This document shows, in pieces, positions 40,305 through 52,200 of a stretch of DNA of 64,000 nt; position 1 is the first letter of the stretch, and each line of letters starts with the position of its first letter. The translations under genes and the position numbers were made by a program. The notes beneath the pieces were generated by a model. That model was not told the origin of the DNA. It ran no database searches and saw only the letters and a program-made list of their open reading frames with translations. This DNA is from Basidiobolus meristosporus CBS 931.73 (taxonomy: Eukaryota > Fungi > Basidiobolomycota): contig MCFE01000344.1 of the NCBI GenBank assembly GCA_002104905.1, positions 1 through 64,000 of the forward strand. The letters are read 5' to 3'.

Positions 40305-40665
40305 CTGAGTGGGAGTGTTGTAAAAATTCGTGTTTTCCACCTAAATATTCACCTAACTTAGTCACTTAGATCATCACCTTCAAATCCTAGAGAATACTGA
40401 CCAAATTCCTTGTCGGGATTTACTTAGAATATTTTCACCAAAATACCAGGTACCCAGAACATGAAAATTCTCAAAGTTGTCCAAACAGCCCCAAACTTTG
40501 CACACATGTTCTTGGGACCTTCCTTAACCTATTCTACGTGTTTGTAATGCCAAGACCATGTAAAAGTATAAATACTACTTTTACATTCAATAAATCATTA
40601 AGTGAAAACCACATAATCTACTTGTTCTCCAAATCACTTCCAATATCTCCAAGACTCTTACAACA

Positions 40666-40861
40666 CCAAGACCATGTGTGCAAAGTTTAGGGCTGTTCAG
40701 ACAACTCAAAGTACTTTCACCAAAATATCAGGTACCCAGAACATGAAATATCTCAGTATATCCCGACAAGGGATTTGGTCAGAATTCTCCAAGATTTGTA
40801 GGTAATGATCTAGGTAACTAAGTTGGGTGAATATTTAGGTACAATTACGAAGCCTACCACA
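40666..40861 (-). repeat. Inverted Copia LTR 5'-half fragment (right arm of the pre-insertion palindrome)
   Basis: CCAAGACCATGTGTGCAAAGTTTAGGGCTG...GTGAATATTTAGG is the reverse complement of LTR positions ~1-200, with an internal ~55-bp micro-inversion. Confidence 0.85.
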
Positions 40862-40895
40862 TAAAAGAGGTGCTAATACTTCTCCACAGTGTTGG

Positions 40896-41082
40896 CATGT
40901 GTGCAAGGTTTGGGTGCTTCTGGATAACTTAGAGTGGTTTGCCTAAGTTCCTTGTTGGAGTTAAATGAGAATATTGTACTAAAATATTAAGTACTCAAGA
41001 CATGAAAAATCTAAAAAACACTGGTAGACTATAATCCCAGTGACTAAGTAGAAATATAGGTGCAATGACAAATTTTACAACA
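40896..41082 (-). repeat. Second inverted, rearranged Copia LTR 5'-half fragment
   Basis: Starts CATGTGTGCAAGGTTTGGG and ends AAATTTTACAACA (LTR start, reversed). An internal ~75-bp block is in the opposite orientation. Confidence 0.75.
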
Positions 41083-43877
41083 ACTGTAAGCCATCTAGGA
41101 GACTCTGCACCTTGCACACAAGCTCATGAGATCTTTGTGAGCATTGACTGTGTTGTATTCTTGCCATGGTTGTTTCAAAGTAAAAGTAATAACTTTGCAA
41201 CTAAGTTGTTGAGTGAAAGGTACAGAAGCAACTAGAGCCTAGAGTTGCTTCCATTATCTTGATGACATTATAAATACCCAGGTAAAACCTAAGCCACTCA
41301 TACACCTTGAGATTTTATATTGCCTTTTTTTATACTATAGAACATTTATTTAAGATTTGGCTTGTGAGATATTTGCCAATTCTCAGAATCAGTGAAAGTC
41401 TAGAAGTTAATAGGCTTCTCAAACTTGACCAAAAGCCCTCAATTCTTGTATGCCGCCTTCTAGAACTTTACTTAAATATTACCATCATTAGTCTCACAGA
41501 GCTCACACAAAAGCATTGATGCTTTATTCGAGCTCAATACAACCACCAGTAAGCACCATGCTATTCTTCTTGTTCTCCAAGTCACTTCCAATACAAGGCC
41601 TGGGCACAAGGAATCTTGGTAAATATACCCAACTAAAATCTTCATACCGATTAGGGTCAAGCAATAATAAAACGAATATACTATGATCCAAGTTACAAAG
41701 TATTCCACAAGATCCTCCACACCACTGTTGAAGTCAAAGTCAAGTGCCATGAAGTTTATATTGAGGTATATACAGTATCTCGGCATACATTATGACTATG
41801 ATAACCTGACGTACATATACACATATAGACATTATTGGGTAATTCCCTCTTCAGAGCATTCTTGAGAGTTTAGAATACTTTGACTTACGGCTAATGTTGT
41901 ATGGTATGCGCAGATTCTTTCAAGCTGGGGTGATACTGAAGCTTACCATAAGGCCTGACTTGATAAATCGGGAAGTTCAACCACAACTTCTGAAAGCCCC
42001 AAATCACTTCCAGGCCACTTTCAACACACTATACCATTGTTGAAACCTTTTCGCATTAAATAGACGCTACAATTGATAAGAGTGTATCAAGGCTTGTTGT
42101 TACGACCCGAGTATAAGATTAAGCACAAAAATCGGCCATTCCTGCATTATCTAGTAAGCCTCAGCAACTCCGACTAGATTCAATAATTCCACATCCCTTC
42201 CCACCCGTGTGATATAGTGAATTATGTAAGGGATTACTTTTGTAACATAATAATGACGGAAAGTGGCTTAAACACTTCAAGCATAGTGCGAGATATGACA
42301 AATCATGATCACAATAGGAGTTGGAGAATGGTTGGGATACACTGTTCATGTTTCGGGGTATGTCACATCACAGAATCCAAATTATCGTGTTCCATGGAGA
42401 TAAGTTGATGCGGCAAGGTTGCACAAACAGGAATACATCTCAGATGTTGATGAAGAAATTCCATTCATGTTTTAGCTCAGATATAGCATGAAAGCCTGGA
42501 ATACACATCCACGGATCAACCAATGACCAAGTTATGAAATACGTTTACCCATCAAATGGCAATTAGTGAAAGTGCAAACAAAGTGACCGATTTTGGTAGA
42601 AGTTGACATTTCCACTATATGAGCCTTTAACCCAGCGCCTAACTTAGCACGTAATAAAGGAATATCTTCTGAAGAGTCGATGATGTCAAAGAAACTCCTT
42701 ATGCTGGTTTAGGTTGACAGTGTAGTGTACAAATCGCGATGTGGGATCGATTAAATCAGGATTAATGATTCGGGAATCATGATTGGGGTGTGTAACATCC
42801 GCCATATAAGACATATGACATGCAATGAAAATCGCAAGGTTTCCCTGATGATGGCAGCAATCCACCAAGTTGGAGTGACACCACTTCTATTCCATTCCAT
42901 CCGGGTAACACCACTTCTATTCCACTCCCTTTTATAATGTAACAGCTTATTTCGTATATGTTTGTTAAGCAAATTTAGCCATAATTGTCGCCGTAACTTG
43001 CCCCCCAGTCTAACTAGCCATCCGAGCAGGTTTTGACATCCTGAATCAAGGCAACGCCATGGTTTTAGAGTGGTACCTGGTATGATCGCCCAGTTTCCAG
43101 AATTTCAATTGTAGAGCACGATATTATCGAATTTGGTATCCTACTTCCACATCTCCTATTATGGATTATTTGCGTACATGTTTATATCGACATGGCAAGA
43201 ACATGAATGGATGATACGATTTTCCTATTTGCGAATTCCAATCTGCTTTGGTGATTCTCTTCCTGCTTGCTTTGATATCATCCCACCTGTCATTATACAA
43301 CCATGCCTTCAATGCCCGTTCACTTACCTGCTGCTGCATTGCTTGAGCTCGATAATTGCTTTTTCACCAGGATTTCCTCGATTTTCCCTGGTTGTTGGTG
43401 CTTTGGCTGGTGCTTTGGCTGGTGCTTTAGTGATTTCAACACCGTATCCAAACATCTTGGTGAAATTCTACTGGGTAGTCACTGCTGGCCAATCAGTGCC
43501 TGCTATCCCACTCAAACTACCTCCATTGAGGAGACCCTTCCATCAACCACTCAAATCGAATGGAATTTAATTAGAGCCAATAAATAAGGATTCCCAATAG
43601 ACGCCCTCAAATTAGCATATAAATTGGGTCGAGGGCAAGGCGATATTTCGTTCATCTCATCTTCTTATACTCATCAGCCTCCTTCATCTCAACAGAAGCT
43701 TTTGTGGTAGCACAACACAGTTCCTGGAACAGACATCTAGCAAGCTCAACCGAAATAGGCTTTCAAAGGAATCCAATTCCTCCACCTACGGTTTTATCTC
43801 CACTCTGATCGCATAGAGGTGTCCATTGCCCCGCTCCAATTTTACTTCTTTCAAACATACCACTGATCCAGCCCGAA

Positions 43878-44944
43878 ATGAACGTCACCAAGGCTAGCGC
43901 TCACCCATTGCCCGCCGTCCAAGCATGCTCCCAGAGAAATCCTGCAGCGGGCGCCAGCTTCACCTTCCAGATTTCTTCCAGTAAGTTGAGGCTGTTTTCA
44001 TGTGGACTTTACCCCACAGCTCTGACCCTTTGGTGATTGATTTAGATAGCAGCTCGAAGAAGTGTGTCAACTCCGCCCAGAAGCGTGCCAACCACAATGC
44101 AGTGGAGCGCGCTCGCCGTGAGTGTTTGAACAACAAGTTCCAAGAGCTTGCATGGGCCATCCCTTCCCTCCACTATGTTCGCAAGCCTTCGAAATCGATC
44201 ATCGTTCAGAAGTCCCTGGATTTTGTCCAGAGAGCGAAGACGTATGCCCAGGTGTATGTCAAGGAGGTCGACACCCTCCGGGAAGAGAACAAAACCCTCC
44301 GTGAGGAGCTCAACGAGCTAAGACACCAGATGGGGCTTCCCTTGTTGCCTATGAAGGCTGAGCCTACCCCTCTTCCCCCTATTGTGGACATGATCGATGA
44401 CTGCTGCACTGATGCCACCGGGTCGAATCCAAAGATCCATGACGAGGACTGCAAGTCCAAAATGGAACTTAGATCGGACGATGATCCGGAGACGATCAGT
44501 ACCGATGACGATTGCGAGCATGAGTCCTCTCCCTCCAGTCAGCAAACCACCCCGAGCAGCAACAACTCTACTTGTTTCGACTTCAACCTGAACTCTGAGC
44601 TTGGGTCCGACATCAACTGCATGAACCAGGGATCTTTGGAACCATACGTGATCAACAACAACTGCTACAATTTGCAAGGCGAAACCTACCAACCCGGAGA
44701 CCTGGACATTTTGAATCAGCCCATGTACCTGAGTGACGACGCAAGTAACTGTTTCTTGGCCCCTGATATGAGTGGGTTTTTTTCGTCTTCCTTGACCACT
44801 ACCATGACCATCCCAAGCACCAACATTCTGGAAGACGCTTCCGTCCCTAGTAGCTCCGTCTACCTTGGCCTCGACCCTTCCCTCACAAGCATGCCGTGCA
44901 TGACGTTGGGCGGTAACTACGTACCCAAGTCGAGTCTAGCTTAG
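43878..44944 (+). CDS. bHLH(-ZIP) transcription factor, two exons
   Basis: Exon 1 MNVTK...FQISS|gtaagt...cacag, then AQKRANHNAVERARRECLNNKFQELAWAIPSLHYVRKPSKSIIVQKSLDFV followed by a coiled coil. Confidence 0.9.
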
Positions 44945-47900
44945 CCAGGGATGCCTCGCCGAAACATACACCCACTGTAATTATTGTTAATTTCATCTTT
45001 ATTCTTCGCTCGGTGTTCCGCTGTTCGAACACATCGGATTGGATACAACGCGTAGTGTTGATTAGACCATCACTGCCACCATTCATCAGATCGCCACTGT
45101 ATATTACTTGGGAACCCCACCCACCTAATAAACCTATGAGATATAGATCTTACATATATGGCGCGTGCCATCAAATCTGCCTCAAATTAGGCGAAGCGTG
45201 TCGCGTTCGTGAGGGTGGCTTTCAAATCGGGGTCGAAGTATTCACAGATCATGAGGAAAACTGGCCAGCTGGCAAACCAGACCTGGATCCAAGAACCCAA
45301 GCACCTCTTTGGAAAATCCATTCCAAACTTTAAACCGCTCTAGTCACTTGAGCGTTGCCATCTTGGTAATGAAAAGAAGTAACACGGAAGGTACATATTC
45401 GGAGGCTCTACCGTGCAGGCGAAATTTTTTTCGATTCATGCCAATCAAAGGGGCGACGAGACGCATAATTGTTGCTCCACCTCTTGCTAGGCCAGATGTC
45501 CATTTTCGCCAATCATGCGTAATTTCTCGATTGGTTCCCACTGCTCCAAAAGTCCCCCATCGGATTGGTGGATATGGGCGGATATGGGCGGATACATGGT
45601 AAATGCGATGTTTTGAATGGGGTCCACTCGAATATTATGGCTCTTCTAGTCTAGGCTGACGAGGAAACCATAATAATGCCTGCTGGAACCAAATATCAAA
45701 CGATTGCAAACTAGGAAATTGTATACTACGGGTGTATACCATGGGTGCCAACTGGGAATTTGTGATATGAGGGGGTTCGGGTCAAGATAAAACCATGTGT
45801 TGTGCATGCAGAGTCTCACCCCATACGTGTTAATGAACAATGGCGAACCAAACAGCGATGGCACTGGGTGATATCATCGATTTCCCCAGTATATGCACTT
45901 GCCTGAGGCTGATACATCATTGTGCTAACACCAAGAGATGAAGGTATATTATAGGAGAGGCCCCCTTCAATCAGGAGTTGGATTCAAACTAGAATAGGTA
46001 GGACGACTTAATCGATGACCAGCACTGTATCCCATCGCCCACCCATCACTAGCCCACCTTGTACCCTGCCAATTTTCCAATCCCCTGCCTGTGTCATTGC
46101 TACCTGGACAGGGTCCCATGCGGCTTGAAATTATCCTTGTATTGTGGATGCAAATGATCGATAGAGTTTTACTGACTTGCTTCGATATCTGGTGAGTAAA
46201 TTGGCCTGTGTCACTCAACATCGATAAAGTCAGTGGAAGCGCACAAGGAATGGTTGTGAACTGTTGTGAATTGTTGGCCAAGCAAGCGATCACCGGTTTT
46301 GCTTGGTCGAAAGAAATTGTTCGGGAGCCATGACCAGATTAACATGGTTTTACACCAATATTGGTGGGGAGAAATCGGGGCGATTGACGAGGTCTCACAA
46401 ATGAGTGAATCGGGAAAGAATCACCGATGCAGCATTGTCAATGGCATGGAACACATTATCGGACATGGCGCCCGTCAATTCCTGTTTGCTGACCCCGAGC
46501 CTTTGATCTCTAGCGGGCTTTATTGCCACAATATTTACGCTGGTCTAAGGTCCATTCCTAACTTGTAACATCGCCAGTAAGTTCAACCGGCCAAAGGTTT
46601 CAGTAAGTGATCATCGAACATGCCAAGAAATTTAATGCCAATTCGGTGTGGTCATCGGAGTTTTAAGTGGGATAATCGGTTGCTCCTCATAAAGAAAGAT
46701 GATCTACTAAAGAGTTGTCGAATGTAACGCACGTATGCTACCAGCTAAATCATCAATAAAATCTCGCTTGTTTGGTTACGCAGGGAGGAGAAAGGAAATG
46801 GATCGTTTGTATTGGCGTGCGTAACCAGAGAATAGATGGATTTAGAGCGAGGTGCCACTCGGCTAGACTTCTTAGCAACACACCTGACATCGAATATGGA
46901 GGCAGATTGCACTATCTCTCACACCATTTCCAAACCCTAAAAATCGCTCCCCATTACATCAGTTGCACGTGCTTTCCTTCATATTGGTTTAGCGGGAAAA
47001 ATCTCATCCCAGGATTTCATTGGCCATAGGAAGCGAGTAAAGTCAAGGGGAGATCCGAAGAACTCTGAATTGACACTGCTTGTACCCACAATTTCGATTG
47101 ACCATTCAGAGCTCTGTACTCATCGAGAATCATGGGAATTTGATGATTCCGATAATATCGAGACATCCAAACCATTCGGACACCAGATTACTTGAGCATG
47201 GGGAGGCATGGGAAAGCGTATGTGTTCAGGTGCGTCAGTAAACAAGCCTGCTTAAGGCAGGGTGCTATTGATAGTGATTGAAGTTAAATTATGCATAACA
47301 CATAGATTCCATGTTGATTTTCATTCCCTGATTTCGCATTATATTTTCCTCAATCCTTTCTTCTACAATGTATCAACTTGGAATTGTTGATTTGTCCATA
47401 TATTATTGATGGATATACCGCGCCTGCTGCTTGATTGTGGTTGTTCTCGAGGTTAAGCGCAAGTTTAATTGCGATTTATGTCTTTTGTTTAGGCTCCTTT
47501 GGTGTGCACACCATATATGCTGTCTGTATTGATATCTGTCTTTACGAGCTACCAAGCGTAGGTCTAATTCCTGGTGATAATAGCTGTCAATTCATACGAA
47601 TGTATTTTTATGCGCAGTGTGCGGTATTTACACCGACGTATACCCATTTAATGTGCAGGTGCTCCTCATATTCCTAGTTTTGTTTCTTTCAGCATGAATA
47701 CTTCTCTTATAAATATATGGTTGCCATAGAGAGGCATTGCAAGAGAGTGTCCGAGTTATCATATCTCTATACCTGATCAGTTCTGGGCCGTTGCAAGTTC
47801 GGTTCTTCTAGATTGTGCATGGTACGAAATATATACGCTTTCAAGTTCTCATTACTGCATGAATCTGTACGAATCTGTATGAATCTGCCCACATTCCTTA

Positions 47901-48610
47901 ATAGTTGATTACAATTTCTTTTAATAAATCCAATCTTCTCAACTCTACCAGCGGATGTCTTAGAATGTTATCTCATGAATCAACGTAACTTGCATATCTA
48001 TGGTTCCTTATGATGTAATATGAGTATTGGGGTTTTGCTGTAAAAGATTTTTGAAAGTGCGTATTTGGGGTTACTAAAGCATCCAGTATATCCTTGACAA
48101 TTAGCTCATAAAGCATTGGACTCGATCCTGATTTTTGGAATTCCCCTGCGTGAAGTGGTTATATTCCTGCTCAACTTGAAAATATCATTAAAGAACCCTG
48201 ATAACTAAAGTTATGTCAAAATCTCTTGTGCCTCTGAAAATATATAGTGCTAGAGAAGTTGTACTAGTGTCATCATATACTGGGGATTATATTTTAGCGG
48301 TTCACTGCTGTAAGCAATTAGCTTATACCCAAATTGCTAATATGCTTAAGGATTCCAGTACCTTTTGCTAAGTTTTTTATTTACTTGCAGCTTGCTTGAA
48401 AATCCTAGCTAATTGATAAATCAGTGAAGGTCTGGAAGATATCATAACCTCAAATATATCCAAAAGACTTCAGACTTTGCACACTACTCTTGAATCTACT
48501 GCAGCGCATCAATAATATTGGCTCTTCAGAACTTCTCCAAAAGTATGAATACTATGCTTAAGCAAACAACAAAAGTGGTGTTAATCATATAAATGCTATG
48601 TAGTTGTATT

Positions 48611-48959
48611 TGTTGTAAAAATTCGTAATTACACCTAAATATTCACCTAATTTAGTCATTAAGATCATTACCTACAAATCTTCAAGAATTCTGACAAAAC
48701 TCCTTGTCAAGATTTACTTTGAGAACTTTCATGTTCTGGTTACCTATTATATAAGTGAAAATATTCCAAGTTGCCCATACAGCCCCAAACCTTGCACATA
48801 TGTTCTTAGGACCTTCTTGACCATATTTTATGTGGTTATTTTGCCAAGAATATGTAAAAGCATAAACACTACCTTTACATTCAATAAATCACTAAGTGAA
48901 AGCCACATAATCTACTTGTTCTCTCAATCACTTCCAATATCTCCTAGACTCTTGCAACA
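48611..48959 (+). mobile_element. Solo LTR of a diverged subfamily of the same Copia family
   Basis: TGTTGTAAAAATTCG...CTCTTGCAACA, 349 bp, colinear with the young LTRs except an inverted 56-bp segment (48716-48771). Flanks GTATT / GATAT are not a clean TSD. Confidence 0.9.
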
Positions 48960-49284
48960 GATATAACCTGAAGAGCTAGAAGAGTTGCATGCTGCTCATA
49001 CAGTATATCAAGCTCAAGTATAGGGTCACAATTTAAAAAAGATCCTGGGATATGTTGTGGATGAATCACGGGCATTGCATTAGATTAAAGAATCCCAATA
49101 ACTTGTAAGCCTTCATTATTTCTAAGGATTGGTAAATATCTTACAAGCTAGTTCTCGAGTAACTGCTGAGTTGATAGTAAGCGGATTAGAATCATCAACT
49201 ATATAATGGGTTAAGGTGTATGCTAAATATCTATAATAGCTCTTACTCAGTGGCTTATTCAACGTATTCTCCAAGTGTAAATAC

Positions 49285-52200
49285 TGTTGTAAAAATTCGT
49301 ATTTTCCACCTAAATATTCACCTAACTTAGTCACTTAGATCATCACCTTCAAATCCTAGAGAATACTGACCAAATTCCTTGTCGGGATTTACTTAGAATA
49401 TTTTCACCAAAATACCAGGTACCCAGAACATGAAAATTCTCAAAGTTGTCCAAACAGCCCCAAACTTTGCACACATGTTCTTGGGACCTTCCTTAACCTA
49501 TTCTACGTGTTTGTAATGCCAAGACCATGTAAAAGTATAAATACTACTTTTACATTCAATAAATCATTAAGTGAAAACCACATAATCTACTTGTTCTCCA
49601 AATTACTTCCAATATCTCCAAGACTCTTACAACAGGTTATGAGCCCCGAGCTGTCACTCTCTGCAATGTCTACTACTGCTATTACTGGAATTTTTCCCTC
49701 TGCTGAAAAGTTGGATGGATCTAACTACCAAGTGTGGAAGGTGAAGATGAAGATGCTGCTACAAGAAAGAGGCCTTTGGGATATTGTCATGGGAGAAGAA
49801 TGCCCTCCTAAAAACGTGGGAGAGGAAGCCTTAAAGTACCAGAAGAAAGAACAAAGTGCCTTTAACTGCATTTGCCTTAATGTCAAGGACAAATTGCTAA
49901 TTCAATGCTCAAGAGCAAAAACGGCAAAGAATGCCTGGAAGGCATTAGAAGACACCTACCAGTCATGTTCAGCTGCCAAGAAAATGTATCTGAGAAGAAA
50001 ATTCTTTACTACAAAGATGCTGCCAGGAGAAGAAATGAAAAATCTAATTAACAGAATTACCCTGCTGGTAGATGAGATGGAATCTGTGGGCGTACCAACT
50101 ACTGATGAGGATGTGATAGTTACCATCCTGAATAGCCTGACAGACGAGTTTCAGGGCCTTGTATCAGCCCTAGAGTCCAGAACTGAAGATTTGACCTTAA
50201 ATTACGTATATGGAAGGCTCCTGGATGAAGAATTAAGAAAATCAAGCGCCAATAAGAAGGAAGAAGAAAATGCATTAATAAGCAATGATAACCAACAAAG
50301 GAGGTACCCAAGACCCTACAAAGGCAACAGCAACCTATTTTGCAACTACTGCAAAAGGAAAGGACACACATCAGACCGGTGTTTCAAAAAGAGAGATTAT
50401 CAGCAAAAGAAGCCTGAATATGGAAATGCTGCAACAACTGAAGATAGACTATTCATATCTGCACTAAATATGACCACAAACAAGGATTCTCAGACGTGGT
50501 ATATTGACTCTGGAGCTTCTCAACACTTTACACACCAAAAAGAACTTTTTACCCAATATCAAGAAATTCCAATTAAGAAGGTTTTCATGGGTGACGATAG
50601 AACACTTGATGCAGTGGGAGAAGGAACTATCCAAGTAAACCTTAGAAGCAGTGAAGGAAGCCATACACTGACCTTTAAAGAAGTACTCTATGTACCAGAA
50701 ATAGCCAAGAACCTACTCTCTGTAAGCAAGGCCACAGCAGAAGGACTCAGTTTCAGTTTTGACAATTCTGGATGCAGGATCACTGATCAAAATGGTGCTC
50801 ATATTGCTTCGGGCATCAGAGATCAGAACCTATACAAGTTGACTTATATTCCATCATATCTGGAAGCCAATATAAGTAACTTAAATGAAGAAACACCAAT
50901 GCTTTGGCACAGGAGATTTGGACACATCAATTTTGATTATTTGCGCAAAATGATCAAAGATCAGCTAATTTCTGGAGTGAAAATTGATCCCCCAGCTAAT
51001 TTGGAGCACTGTGAAGCCTGCATATATGGGAAACAAGCCAGACAACCGTTCAAGAGCTCTGGGTTAATCAAAACTAAGAAAAAATTAGATCTAATTCACT
51101 CAGATCTGTGTGGACCTATGCAAAATTTATCCTTAGGCGGGATGAAGTATTTAATCACTTTTATTGATGATTATACAAGATACACATGGGTCTACTTCAT
51201 GGAGAGAAAGGAAGAAGCTCTGTCTAAGCTCAGGGAGTTTAAAGCTATGGTGGAGAGAGAAACTGGTGAAAAAATCAAGAAAATACGCTCTGACAATGGT
51301 GGAGAATATACCTCAAAACTCTTCATCCACTTCTGCAAAATTCATGGGATAAAGCAAGAGACTACTGTACCATACTCCCCACAGCAAAATGGAGTAGCAG
51401 AACGAGCTAACAGATCAATAATTGATATGGCAAGATCTATGATCCATGATCAAAAATTATCCTATGATTTTTGGGCGGAATCAGTTGCCACTGCTGTATA
51501 CCTTAAAAATAGGAGTTATAACAGAATACTTCGTGATTCTACTCCATTTGAAGCATGGTATGGATACAGACCAAGTGCAGAACATCTAAGAATATTTGGG
51601 TGCACAGCATATGCCAAAAAACTGGCCGGAAATCAGTCAAAATTTGAGCCAAAAAGTGTAAAATGCATATTTTTGGGCTACTGCAATGAGAGTAAGGCAT
51701 ACAGACTCTACAATACCGAAGCAAAGAAGCTTATCAAGTCCAGGGATGTGTTGTTTGATGAAAATTCAAAATTTTCACAAAAAATGACATCAGATGATGA
51801 CGAAAATTTGATCTCAAGTCCACCAATTGTCAGGATTGAATCAGAGCAAAACAATGAAAATTTTTTCACTCCAGAGGACTCTACAACCGTGGTTCAGCCA
51901 GAATCAGTGCCCAGGAATATCCCAGAAGTGATCATTCCAGTATCAAATGCCCGGAGATCCAATCGGACAAGAAATAGCCCAAATTACTATATCAATGAGG
52001 GTACAAACTTAGCCTATGCCTATTCAGTCCATGTTGATGAACCCCAGACTGTAAAAGAGGCCCTAAATAGCCCTCAGACGAAGTTTTGGAGATCTGCAAT
52101 GACTGAGGAATATCAGGCACTGATGGAAAATCAAACTTGGGACTTAGTCAAATTACCAATCAACCGAAAATCAATTGGATGCAGATGGGTCTTCAAGACA

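Larger units (their letters stand above)
35979..40665 (+). mobile_element. Full-length, apparently intact Ty1/Copia retrotransposon (copy 2): LTRs 35979-36328 and 40316-40665, TSD CCAAG
   Basis: TG...CA 350-bp LTRs with no difference I could find; CCAAG at 35974-35978 and 40666-40670; PBS 36329-36340; PPT GAGTGGGAG 40307-40315. Confidence 0.98.

Noticed and set aside
42863-42927. Short tandem duplications (ACACCACTTCTATTCCA x2 here; GGATATGGGC x2.5 at ~45579; GAATCTGTA x3 at ~47862)
   Set aside because: Two to three units without unique spacers: ordinary slippage duplications, not CRISPR-like arrays.
43133-43587. 145-aa and 94-aa plus-strand ORFs containing a 12-bp tandem repeat (TGGTGCTTTGGC x ~3)
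   Set aside because: Non-ATG or weak starts, no homology recognised; the low-complexity repeat explains part of the openness.
48606-48964. TSD for the solo LTR
   Set aside because: Flanks GTATT and GATAT do not match, so a clean solo-LTR origin cannot be claimed.
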